43,826 bases of DNA from a crenarchaeote SCGC AAA261-N23 (GTDB lineage: Archaea > Thermoproteota > Thermoprotei > Gearchaeales > Gearchaeaceae), in assembly GCA_000375685.1 (NCBI GenBank), contig AQVQ01000001.1:1-43826 (forward strand). The letters run 5' to 3'. The notes below the pieces were generated by a model. It was not told where the DNA came from, ran no database searches, and saw only the letters and a program-made list of their open reading frames with translations. Position numbers and translations under genes: made by a program. Below are positions 26,358 to 35,535 of this stretch, one piece after another. Numbering within the stretch: the first letter of the stretch is position 1; each line of letters opens with the position of its first letter.

Positions 26358-28796
26358 TTACCGTAGTATTTCAATTTGACTAAAGTTATTATCATCCTTC
26401 CAAACTTTAATTACTGTATCAAAAATGGGATTATCTTGAATATCTTCAACATGCGATATTATGAAAATCTTATCATAATCGCTTTTTAGTTCAAGTATAG
26501 CTTTAAGAACAGCTTCTCTAAACTCCTTGCTTAATGGTCCGAAACCTTCATCAATTATCAACAATCTAGGAACTATACCTAGTCTTGAAGATGAAAGAAT
26601 CTTGGCTATGCCTAATCTGAAAGCTAATCCTATTATAGTTTTTTCTCCTCCTGAATAAGTAGCTAGTTCTCTTACATACCCATTCTGAGCTACATTTATT
26701 TCAACTTTATCCTGCTCTGTTTTAATTTCAACAGAAATATCTGGCTTAACCTTAGGTAGAAAATAAGAATTGATGTAATCATTCAGTTTTTCAATGTAAT
26801 CTTTCAAAAGCTTCAAAGGAAAGCCTCTATCGTTGAATATATCCTCGCAGATTATTTCATATGCACGGAGATTAATTTTTTTGTTATTCAAATCTCTTTC
26901 TTTTTCTTCAACTTCTTTCTTACTTTTTTCAATATACTTAAGCTGTTCATCTGCGTACTTTATTTTCTGATTCAATCCACCAATTTCTTCATTCATGTAT
27001 CTGATCCTTTCCTGTAAGTTTTTTCTAATTCTGTTCTTTTCTTGAATTTCAGAATCAATTTTGTTTAGTTGTAGTTTGAGATCTTTTTCAGCCTGAACTT
27101 TCTTGTTTAATTCATCAATCTTTTTTTCCAGTTCTTTTAGCTTCTTTTCCCTCTCAGGCAAAATCTTTTTATATTCATTTATATTTGCTAGTTCATTGCT
27201 TATTCTTATTATTTCATTATCACATTTCCTAATTTCTTGCTCAATATTTCTAGCTTCAAGCTTATACCTTTGCAATATATCTTCGCTATTTAGTTTATGA
27301 ATTTCTTCCTTCAATTTATTCAGGTCAATTTGCTTATTTTTAATTTCCTCCCTTAATTCTTCTTCATTACTTGCAAGGCTTTCTAACAATTCTATTGAGC
27401 TTGCTTTTCTCTCATATTCTTTCTTTCGCACATTTAGTTCTTCTTCTTTTTTCTCGATTTCTTCAAGCAACTTCTCTTCAGCTATTCTTTTACTTCTAAT
27501 AGCCTCAATTTTTCTTTCGTAATCTTGAATTAGCACAAGTCTATGTTCTTTCGTCAGATCCCTTTTACAAACTGGGCAAACAGTAGAAGTATCACTTCTT
27601 AGAATTTCTAGAATTCTATTGATTTCTTCCTCTTGCGACCTCATAATTGCAATTTCTTCATTTTTGCTTCCTATCTCATCTTGAATTTCTTTTATCTCCT
27701 TTTCATATTCAGCAAGAATATCTTTAGCCTTCTTAGCCTCTTCAAGATCGATTTTATATTTCTGCTTTTTATTTAGTTCATTCTGAAGATTGTGAAGTTC
27801 TCTTTCAAGAAATTCAACTTCCTTTCTCCTTAAATTGATTTCATTGAGTATTGCTTTAACTTTATTTAAATCTTCTCTAATTAATTTATATTTTTCTAAA
27901 TCTTTTCTATACTCGCTTTCATTTTGTAATCTTTTGGTATAATCATTTATTTCTTTAATTAAATTGAATTTTTCTTTAGTTAAATCTTCTATTTCTTTTT
28001 TTATAATTTCTAACTGTTTGACTTCGTTCTCAATTATAGATTTTGTTCTAGTTAAACTTTCTATTTCATTTTCAAGTTCTCCTAGGTTTTTATTAAAGTT
28101 ATCCAATTCCTCTTTTATTACTTGAATATTCTGATTTGCTTCTTCAAGTTCTTTCCTTATCTCTCCTTCTTTACTAATTTCCTTTTTCAACTCTTCTATA
28201 TTTTCTTTAATATTTTTAATTTCATCACTAAGCTCATTTCTTAATTCCTTTGCTTTTTCCAAGTGCTTTGAAAAATCAAGGTTGAAAGCTTTAAGCAATA
28301 TTTCTCTTCTTTCCTTAGGACTTGCTTCTAGAAATCGCATCACATCTCCTTGTCTAACCATTATTGAATTTAAGAAGGTAGTATAATCGAAATTGATCAT
28401 AGAATTTATTATTTTATCAACCTCTTTAACAGATACAGCTTTCTTAATTAAATTGCCATCTTTTTCTTCATAAAGAATCGCGTTTGCAGGTGCGTCTTTG
28501 TAAACTATTCTTGAAATCTTATATCTCTTTCCGGATACTGAAAATTCCAGCTCGCACTTTGCTTCACTAAACATAGGGTTTATGACGAGCTTTGTTGTTC
28601 CTTGCCTATCCATATTGTAAGCGTTTCCAAACAAGCAAAATGTTATTGAATCAACTATTAGAGTTGTTTTACCACTTCCAGTAGCACCATAAATGTTAAC
28701 AAGATGACCTAATTTATCGAGATCAAATGTTAACTTTCTGTAGCTTGCAAAATTTTCAAGTGTAATACTATGAATAGTAATTTCACTGAGCTTCAT
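26358..28796 (-). CDS. rad50: DNA double-strand break repair ATPase Rad50
   Basis: Walker A GATGSGKTT, a long heptad-rich coiled coil, zinc hook CPVCKR, signature YSGGEK and Walker B LLIIDEGF. I place the start at MKLSEITIHS (ATG 28796) rather than the upstream ORF extension, giving a 14-nt overlap with the mre11 stop. Confidence 0.92.
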   Translation of the reverse strand: MKLSEITIHSITLENFASYRKLTFDLDKLGHLVNIYGATGSGKTTLIVDSITFCLFGNAYNMDRQGTTKLVINPMFSEAKCELEFSVSGKRYKISRIVYKDAPANAILYEEKDGNLIKKAVSVKEVDKIINSMINFDYTTFLNSIMVRQGDVMRFLEASPKERREILLKAFNLDFSKHLEKAKELRNELSDEIKNIKENIEELKKEISKEGEIRKELEEANQNIQVIKEELDNFNKNLGELENEIESLTRTKSIIENEVKQLEIIKKEIEDLTKEKFNLIKEINDYTKRLQNESEYRKDLEKYKLIREDLNKVKAILNEINLRRKEVEFLERELHNLQNELNKKQKYKIDLEEAKKAKDILAEYEKEIKEIQDEIGSKNEEIAIMRSQEEEINRILEILRSDTSTVCPVCKRDLTKEHRLVLIQDYERKIEAIRSKRIAEEKLLEEIEKKEEELNVRKKEYERKASSIELLESLASNEEELREEIKNKQIDLNKLKEEIHKLNSEDILQRYKLEARNIEQEIRKCDNEIIRISNELANINEYKKILPEREKKLKELEKKIDELNKKVQAEKDLKLQLNKIDSEIQEKNRIRKNLQERIRYMNEEIGGLNQKIKYADEQLKYIEKSKKEVEEKERDLNNKKINLRAYEIICEDIFNDRGFPLKLLKDYIEKLNDYINSYFLPKVKPDISVEIKTEQDKVEINVAQNGYVRELATYSGGEKTIIGLAFRLGIAKILSSSRLGIVPRLLIIDEGFGPLSKEFREAVLKAILELKSDYDKIFIISHVEDIQDNPIFDTVIKVWKDDNNFSQIEILR

Positions 28797-29982
28797 AGGA
28801 GGACATCTCTTCAATAATTTTAAAGGAATATTCCTTAACTTTTTCCAGAACTTCCTTTGGCTCTTTTTTATATTTTGTATATATGTATTGCTCAAGCATT
28901 TCTCTTATGTTTGATGAAACTTTAAATTCAATTTCTTTCTCTTTAAACTCTTCTTTTATTTCTTCAATCTTGAATGCAAGAACCTTCCTTTTTTCGTATA
29001 AATAATCTTCAATTGACTTTCTTGAAATACTTTTGATAATTCCATAACCCTTTATTCTTATTCTTAATAATGAACCTTCTTCAATTTTTTGTTCATTAAG
29101 AAATTTTATTAAAGATTGTGTTAAGTCAAGCGAAGACACCAGCGAATCTTTTTCAATATAAATTGTCTTCATGGGCCTGAGTTTTAACTTTATTTGATTT
29201 ACGTTTATTTTGCTACCCAAATTTATCTCAAAGAAAGATTTTTCTTCATTTTCTTCGCCAAAATCTATTCTTTCAATTGAACCGGCATAGTAAATTTTAT
29301 CTCCAAGCTTTTGGGGCATATGTAAATGCCCTAGGCAAACAAGATCGATGTTTTCCTTTTCAAAAACATTCTTGGGAATTGGATAATCTTTCAATGAAGC
29401 TACTCTTTGCTCCGAACCTAATTTTCCTCCCTCAACGTATAGATGACCAACTATTACGTTATAATCAGCTTCGCTCTTTTGAATAAGATCATTTATTTTT
29501 CTCTCAATAACTTGAACGAACTCATCGTATCTTAAAGTAGATTGAAAATGAGGATAAGGTATACCAATGAAATTAACTTTTTCATTTGAATCTTTAGATT
29601 TTAGGCTAATCATTGAAGCTTCATCAAAAAGATAGAAATTATTCAAATTCACATTTTCAAAGCTTTTAATGTAACTAAGCATTTCCCTAGTTTTGAAAGT
29701 ATCATGATTTCCAAGAACGACAATTACATTTATATTATTCTTTAATAAATCACCAATAATTCTTGAAAATTCATTGTAAGCCTGTACAGCAGGTCTTGGA
29801 TGATGAAATACATCTCCTGCAATTATAAAAAAGTCGACATTTGAACTTATTGCGTATTCTTTTATAAAATTAAAATTGCTAACGAAATCATTGAATCTTT
29901 GCTGAATTAAATATGAACTTTCGTAGAGCTCATATGAACCTATTCCAAGATGTAGATCAGCAGTATGTATGATTTTTACCAT
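28783..29982 (-). CDS. mre11: DNA double-strand break repair nuclease Mre11
   Basis: Phosphoesterase motifs occur in order: ADLHLG, GDVFH, GNHD, GHLYV and GHLH. The start is taken at MVKIIHTADLHLG (ATG 29982); the ORF also allows 29997. Confidence 0.9.
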   Translation of the reverse strand: MVKIIHTADLHLGIGSYELYESSYLIQQRFNDFVSNFNFIKEYAISSNVDFFIIAGDVFHHPRPAVQAYNEFSRIIGDLLKNNINVIVVLGNHDTFKTREMLSYIKSFENVNLNNFYLFDEASMISLKSKDSNEKVNFIGIPYPHFQSTLRYDEFVQVIERKINDLIQKSEADYNVIVGHLYVEGGKLGSEQRVASLKDYPIPKNVFEKENIDLVCLGHLHMPQKLGDKIYYAGSIERIDFGEENEEKSFFEINLGSKINVNQIKLKLRPMKTIYIEKDSLVSSLDLTQSLIKFLNEQKIEEGSLLRIRIKGYGIIKSISRKSIEDYLYEKRKVLAFKIEEIKEEFKEKEIEFKVSSNIREMLEQYIYTKYKKEPKEVLEKVKEYSFKIIEEMSSYEAQ

Positions 29983-30622
29983 AAAATAATCACCCATGAA
30001 AACATTATGTTTTTACTATAAAGGTTCTTCATTGAAGAATCTAATCCTTTTTCGCCAAGTCCTTTATTAATCAGTTTAACAATTTTTTTAAAGGTATTCA
30101 TGCTTTGGATACTATTTTGAATATGCATCTGATTGTAGTGATAAAATAATTGCTATAAAAGTTTTGAGTATCCACAATAGATTTAGCGCCAGGGCGAATC
30201 CATTTTGACAATCCAATTCAAAAAAGGTCAATGGTTTTGTTTTTAAAATACATTGTAAATTTATTTTAGACAAACTGGAGTTTGAATTTAATAGTTTAAC
30301 TGTTCTTATTTCTGTATCCTTAAATATTTCTAGTATGTTTTCGCCCTCCTGAAATCTCAGGAATCCTGGGAATTGCTTCGGTTCGGGTACTATATCCCAA
30401 CCGCTCATGGCTGAGCTAAAAATGGGTTTTGGGGTTTATAAATCTGGGGTTAAGCATGGTTTTTCCGCATGCAAACGGGCTGGGGTCTATTAGTCTATGT
30501 CCTTTTTTCAAAAAGCAAAGCTAATATTAAACTTGAAATTACAAAAATTAGTTAATTGGATTTAGAAAACTACTTTATGTGATTCTTCTGAAATTTTAAT
30601 TTTTTGTAAATTAACTAAGAGT

Positions 30623-31531
30623 ATGGTTTTAGATCCGCATAGAATAAATTTAGGCGTTAATATAAATCCCAACATAATTGAATTAGAAGAAATTCTTAAA
30701 GCAGCAAAGATTGCTGATTCAAATTCCATTGATATCATAGGAATACAGGATCATCCTTACATTGGATTTTTCTTTGATACATGGACTTTAATCTCTTTTT
30801 TAGCCTCCTTAACAAGCAAGGTTTCTTTCATGACAAATGTAGCAAATCTCCCTTTAAGAACACCACAAATAATTGCTAAATCTTTTGCATCACTGGATAT
30901 ACTTACGAAGGGAAGAATAGAACTTGGAATAGGAGCGGGTGCTAATCGTGATGCAATTGAAGCTTATGGAGGACCAAAAAGAAGTACAAAGGAAGGAATA
31001 GAAGCGTTGGAAGAGGGAATAAATGTTATAAAAATGCTCTGGGGTGTTGGTGCAAAAACAAAAATAGTAAGTTATAATGGGAAATATTATTTTTTAAAAA
31101 ATGCATACCCTGGTCCAAAACCTTTTCATGATATAAAGATTATAATTGGAGCGAATGGGCCTAGAATGCTTGATCTTACAGGGAAATTGGGTGATGGTTG
31201 GTCAATTTCAATGTTTTATTTCTTACCTGATGAATTAAAAGATAAAATAAAAATTCTTGAAGAATCTTGCAAAAAATACGGAAGAGATGTTAACAGTCTT
31301 ATCAAAATCTATAACATAGCTGGTGTAATAACAGAAGAAAGAACAGGAATTCAGATAGATAAAAACAATTTGCTTTTTGCTAATCATGAAGAATGGGCTG
31401 AATTTATTATTAAGATTTACAAAGATCTTAAAATGAATACTTTCATATTTTGGCCTTCTTCAAAGAATAAATCTGAACAAATAAAAACTTTCTCTGAGAA
31501 AGTAAAAGAGATTATAAAGAACAGTATATGA
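30623..31531 (+). CDS. Luciferase-like monooxygenase (LLM) family oxidoreductase
   Basis: 302 aa with a TIM-barrel LLM pattern (GIQDHPY, RIELGIGAGAN, GPRMLDLTGKLGDGW). The cofactor (FMN or F420) cannot be told from sequence by eye. Confidence 0.6.
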   Translation: MVLDPHRINLGVNINPNIIELEEILKAAKIADSNSIDIIGIQDHPYIGFFFDTWTLISFLASLTSKVSFMTNVANLPLRTPQIIAKSFASLDILTKGRIELGIGAGANRDAIEAYGGPKRSTKEGIEALEEGINVIKMLWGVGAKTKIVSYNGKYYFLKNAYPGPKPFHDIKIIIGANGPRMLDLTGKLGDGWSISMFYFLPDELKDKIKILEESCKKYGRDVNSLIKIYNIAGVITEERTGIQIDKNNLLFANHEEWAEFIIKIYKDLKMNTFIFWPSSKNKSEQIKTFSEKVKEIIKNSI

Positions 31532-31642
31532 TAAACAAAAGGAAGATTCTAAAGAAAAATCAACTTTCGATAAAAGAAATAGTCAATATATAATTAAAGT
31601 AAAAAAGATATAACCCCTTTATTACTATTATATATAGGAAAT

Positions 31643-31729
31643 ATGAGCGAAAAGAAAGAAGAAAAGAAGGAAGAAGGAAAAGAAGAAAAGAAAGGTAAAA
31701 AAGGTAAGAAACAAGAAACTAAGAAATAA
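31643..31729 (+). CDS. Possible 28-aa Lys/Glu-rich micro-protein
   Basis: ATG at 31643 to TAA gives MSEKKEEKKEEGKEEKKGKKGKKQETKK. An A/T-rich TATA-like stretch (TTTATTACTATTATATATAGG) lies just upstream. It could equally be a chance ORF in purine-rich DNA. Confidence 0.25.
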   Translation: MSEKKEEKKEEGKEEKKGKKGKKQETKK

Positions 31730-31845
31730 TTTTTTTATATCTTAAATTTTTTATTTTTTCTTAAACCCAGAAGAGGATTGAAAGCAAGTTTAGAATCCTT
31801 TATTCTGTTGTGAATTACCTTTGCTACCCTTGGCGTTACTTCATC

Positions 31846-32321
31846 CTGACTTCTTCTCGCTATGAATTACGAGAGTGCTCTCAATTGATTTGGAGCTACA
31901 TATCGCATATGAGGGGCAGTCGAGAGACTTAGAGAACCTCTCCCATTTAAGTTTTCTATTGCTATTACATCTCTATCATTTTCATAACCGCTGTATACTG
32001 ATAATGCATTTCTATAACAATCTTCAGCTATTTTTGAAGGAAGATTGAAACTCTTGAGTTTATTATATAGTTCTTTATAAACAATGCTTATTACATTGTT
32101 TTTGTTTGGATTATTCTTTTTTCTTTTAACCAATAAAGAACATATCTTAAAGCTTCTAAATAGTCTTTGGAAAAGACTAGGAGGGATTCTGATATTGCGA
32201 TATTCATTGAAACAGTAGCTCTTATCGCATTATTCCTCCTAGTCATTGAGAAACTTTAGAAAATAATTACTTAAGTCTATTCATCCAAGCCCTTAAAAGG
32301 CGAGGCTTTCAATTGATGTAA
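31846..32321 (-). mobile_element. R6: divergent, longer (476 bp) member of the element family carrying a TnpB-like coding remnant
   Basis: The termini (CTGACTTCTTCTCGC... and ...GGCGAGGCTTTCAATTGATGTAA) and the core (CAATTGATTTGGAGCTACATATCGCAT) match the family. The interior ~270 bp is unique and encodes, on the - strand, ...[36 protein letters not shown]... Confidence 0.8.
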
Positions 32322-32490
32322 AGTTATTAAACTTGTATATGCATCTTTTGCATAAAATATTTTATAGTAGATTTTTATGCCAAAAACATTAAAAAACCTT
32401 CTTTAAAACTCATTGTCTAAGTATTTTGACGCATATATATAAAATTTTCTTAATTAATCTTATAAGATACAAAAAGAATATTTTAAAGTC

Positions 32491-33729
32491 ATGCAAATTA
32501 AGATCACCAAATTTTACAAATTTTATCTTCCTGGTAATGCTTGGGTATTAGCTTTATCTGCTGCTATATGGAGCATAGGAGGAGCTATCGTTACACCTTT
32601 CCAATCCATTTATTTCTATGCGGTTGGGATGCCAACACAGCTTATAGGATTTGCCAATGCACTGAGCAGCATAATAACAGCTTTTATGTATCTTTTGGGA
32701 GGATACATAGCGGATAAATGGGGTAGAAGAAAAGTCATAGTGATTTTCAGTTTCGTAGCAGTAATCAATAACTTATTTTATTTTCTTGTCAAAGATTGGC
32801 TTTGGCTTTTTATACCCATTATAATAGGGGCAATTTCTGGAATATATGTTCCAGCTTTCAATGCTACTCTAAATGATTCAATGGAACCTAATAAAAGACA
32901 CATAGGTTTTGCTTATTTCCTTATCGTAACAACGATCCCTTCAATTTTTCTACCGACCGTAGGAGGACTACTTATAGAAAGATTTGGAGCCGACTATGGA
33001 CTAAAGATCGGATATCTAATTACAACAATTACAGGTATTGCAGGAGTTACATACAGAGCCATTAAGCTTAAAGAGACTTTCGTAAACAAAGAGAATAATG
33101 ATGCAAATAGGAATTTAATTTCACACGTTGTTTATGTTTTTAAGGATAATTTGCAGGCCCTTAAAATGATCGATTACAATGCAAAAAATCTAGTTATATA
33201 TTCATTCTTATCAAGCATAGCAACAAGCTTAACAACGATTTACTTAGCACTATATTTGATTAATGAAGCAAATTTACCGCCGATATTGTATGGAATACTC
33301 ATAGGAATAAGCTCTTTAATTACCATAGTGCTTGTATTGCCTTCAATTTACTTAATAGATAGAATTGGAATAAAGAAAGCAGCAATACTCGCTGCATTGA
33401 CCTCACCGATTAGCATGATATTTTTTGTATCTGCGAACGGAATGAATGACTTGATTGCTTGGAGTGTTATAGGCGGCATAAGCGGTGCGGTTTTAACACC
33501 TACGATTCAAAGTTTACAAGGAAACTTAATACCCAGGAATTTAAGAGGAAGATTAATGGCTGTTTTTAGTGTGTTCCCTTTAATTATATCTACTCCTGTA
33601 CAAGCTGTCTCAGGCATTATTTATACAACAGTCCATCCATTAGCTATATTCATTGCATCAATTCCTTTTTATGTTGCTTCTATAATTTTTCTATCAAGAA
33701 TAAATCCTAAGATTAAGGGATATGAATAA
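32491..33729 (+). CDS. MFS transporter
   Basis: 412 aa, 12 TM, with GGYIADKWGRRK (MFS motif A). Confidence 0.8.
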   Translation: MQIKITKFYKFYLPGNAWVLALSAAIWSIGGAIVTPFQSIYFYAVGMPTQLIGFANALSSIITAFMYLLGGYIADKWGRRKVIVIFSFVAVINNLFYFLVKDWLWLFIPIIIGAISGIYVPAFNATLNDSMEPNKRHIGFAYFLIVTTIPSIFLPTVGGLLIERFGADYGLKIGYLITTITGIAGVTYRAIKLKETFVNKENNDANRNLISHVVYVFKDNLQALKMIDYNAKNLVIYSFLSSIATSLTTIYLALYLINEANLPPILYGILIGISSLITIVLVLPSIYLIDRIGIKKAAILAALTSPISMIFFVSANGMNDLIAWSVIGGISGAVLTPTIQSLQGNLIPRNLRGRLMAVFSVFPLIISTPVQAVSGIIYTTVHPLAIFIASIPFYVASIIFLSRINPKIKGYE

Positions 33730-33861
33730 TAGATTTATTCGTATTTTTTATACAATCAACTATTTTTATTGGCTGCAAAATTAATATTAGCTTGAAAACA
33801 CATAAACTAATTATTTAAATTCAATTATTTTGTCGAATAAATAACTTCACATCGTCTTCCA

Positions 33862-34215
33862 CTGACCTCCTCCTCACCCTAGAAGGTTGAGGGTTCCCTT
33901 TTAGAGAAGTTCATTGGTTTCCAGCATTGATTCGTGGCTACATCTCGCATTTGCTGGACAGTCGGGAGGATCAGAGCTTCCCCCATTTTATCTGGTTAAA
34001 ATAAACCTTCATATAAAGGGCTGCCAGCCCAAAATCTGGATTCTAATAAGAATCCTTCATTCAATAATTGCAATACTGAATGCTCCTCCTTAAGTCCCAT
34101 AAAGCCCTCTATCGAGCTTAGGAGGAGCGTCATTGAGTTTCCTAAGAGAAATTTAAATTTTAATTATTTTAGCCTTTTCATCCCGCCCTAGAAGACGAGG
34201 CTTTCATTTATGTAA
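33862..34215 (-). mobile_element. R7: near-consensus copy of the ~350-bp element (354 bp)
   Basis: On the + strand it reads CTGACCTCCTCCTCACCCTAGAAGGTTGAGGG ... GACGAGGCTTTCATTTATGTAA. It is about 89% identical to R3. Confidence 0.9.
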
Positions 34216-34258
34216 TATGTTTAAGAATCCTTTTGGAATCAAAATAAATAACCAAAGA

Positions 34259-34657
34259 TTATATACCCCAACTTACTTTCTTCTCAGGGATAACTTTTAT
34301 CAAGGGAGCTTCTCCTTCATTCCAAGGATCTGCTCTTACCCAGCCAAATTTTTTATAGAATAAATTGTATATTTGTCTGTATTCTTCACCTCTTTCCAAT
34401 ATATCAGCTTTCCCTATTATTAACACAGCCTTATTTTTAGGAGTTCTATAAACATCTATCAATAAAGCAACCTTGGGATTCTCTTTTATGTTCTTTATTT
34501 TCTTTGTTTCATAGTCAGCGAAGATGTAGAAGAAGCCATTTCTGAAAATGTAGTTTACAGGTACTACATGTGGAGTATTTTTTGAATCTGAAGTAGCAAG
34601 CCTGCAAAGCTCATTATCCTCGATAAACTTTATCTCTCCAGTTGTGAAATTTACCAT
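34259..34657 (-). CDS. Pyridoxamine 5'-phosphate oxidase-family (split-barrel FMN/F420-binding) protein
   Basis: MVNFTTGEIKFIEDNELCRLATSDSKNTPHVVPVNYIF...VALLID is the typical PNPOx-like fold signature. I chose the start at ATG 34657; the longer ORF to 34717 would overlap the divergent EamA gene. Confidence 0.65.
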   Translation of the reverse strand: MVNFTTGEIKFIEDNELCRLATSDSKNTPHVVPVNYIFRNGFFYIFADYETKKIKNIKENPKVALLIDVYRTPKNKAVLIIGKADILERGEEYRQIYNLFYKKFGWVRADPWNEGEAPLIKVIPEKKVSWGI

Positions 34658-34692
34658 TAATTTAAATTCTATTCTTATTTTTTTAAAATTAA

Positions 34693-35535
34693 ATGAGTTT
34701 AAAGAAATATCTCCCAATTTTTACTACAGCTATAGTATGGGGCTTAGCATTCCCTTTATCGAAAATCGTGCTATTTTTTATGTCACCAATGATTCTTTCT
34801 TTAATTAGATTTTTAATAGGTGGAGCTGCATTATTACTAGTTTCAAGAAAGATTTTGCTAAGTTTCAAAGTTTTTATCAACTCACTTCTAAACATAGGAA
34901 TAGTTATTACCTTGCTTAACATAGGCTTAGCTATAACATCTGATCCGGCCTTTGCATCTGTTATACTGTATTCGCAACCTCTATTCGTTTTATTGATTTC
35001 ATATCTTTATTTAAAGCAGAAAATTTCAATTCTACAAAAGATAGGAACAGCATTGGCTCTCTTAGGATTAATTATCGGTGTAGGAAGTTACGAAATTGAT
35101 TTAGGAGTGATTTTAATACTGATAGCTGGATTTACCTGGGCCGTTGGAACAATATATTACAGGAGAAACTTTTACAATCAAAATCTTCTAGCGCTTAATT
35201 CAGCTATGGCCTTCTTTTCGGCATTTTTTGTTTTACCTTTGTTACCCATTGATTATTATTTTATTCCTTCCATTTTTGCAATAGCTTTAGCAATTCTAAT
35301 AGGGTTGCTTGTACAAGCTACAGGGTGGGCCCTTTGGTTTAAATCTATAGATATAATAGGAACAATAAATACAAGTCTATTTTCTTTACTTGTTCCAGTT
35401 TTTGCTTATATATTTACATTCTTAATATTCTTCCAAATTCCAAATAGTTTAAGAATACTTGGCTCAGCTTTGGTTATCCTTGGTATCTTTTTAAGCGAAT
35501 ACGAATCCTATAAGTTTAGTAAAACTCTTTCATAA
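34693..35535 (+). CDS. EamA/DMT-family transporter
   Basis: 280 aa, 10 TM, with two EamA-like repeats (AIVWGLAFPLSK..., FTWAVGTIYYRR...). Confidence 0.75.
   Translation: MSLKKYLPIFTTAIVWGLAFPLSKIVLFFMSPMILSLIRFLIGGAALLLVSRKILLSFKVFINSLLNIGIVITLLNIGLAITSDPAFASVILYSQPLFVLLISYLYLKQKISILQKIGTALALLGLIIGVGSYEIDLGVILILIAGFTWAVGTIYYRRNFYNQNLLALNSAMAFFSAFFVLPLLPIDYYFIPSIFAIALAILIGLLVQATGWALWFKSIDIIGTINTSLFSLLVPVFAYIFTFLIFFQIPNSLRILGSALVILGIFLSEYESYKFSKTLS

Noticed and set aside
28797-28895. The 33-codon N-terminal extension of the rad50 ORF (and the 5-codon extension of mre11 to 29997)
   Set aside because: Rad50 proteins begin immediately before the Walker A strand (MKL.xIxIxNF...). The extension lies wholly inside the mre11 coding region. 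The internal ATGs at 28796 and 29982 give canonical N-termini.
30112-30408. A 98-aa ORF upstream of mre11, as a possible HerA/NurA remnant or novel gene
   Set aside because: It has no resemblance to HerA or NurA motifs. Its 5' end is built from the GC-rich hairpin island, which more likely reflects an RNA or DNA structural element than coding sequence. I left it unannotated.
30340-30420. tRNA-like strings (TAGCTCAGCC.., GGTTCGGG..CCCAACC) on the two strands
   Set aside because: I could not assemble an acceptor stem, an anticodon arm or a proper T-loop (GTTCRANYC) in cloverleaf order on either strand, with or without an intron.
31760-31784. A 25-mer, CTTAAACCCAGAAGAGGATTGAAAG, resembling crenarchaeal type I/III CRISPR repeats that end in ATTGAAAG
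   Set aside because: It occurs only once. No second repeat lies at spacer distance on either side and no cas genes are in the window. It cannot be called a CRISPR array; at most it is an orphan repeat relic. The element's own terminus (..ATTGAAAGCC in R6) also contains ATTGAAAG, so the 8-mer is not diagnostic here.
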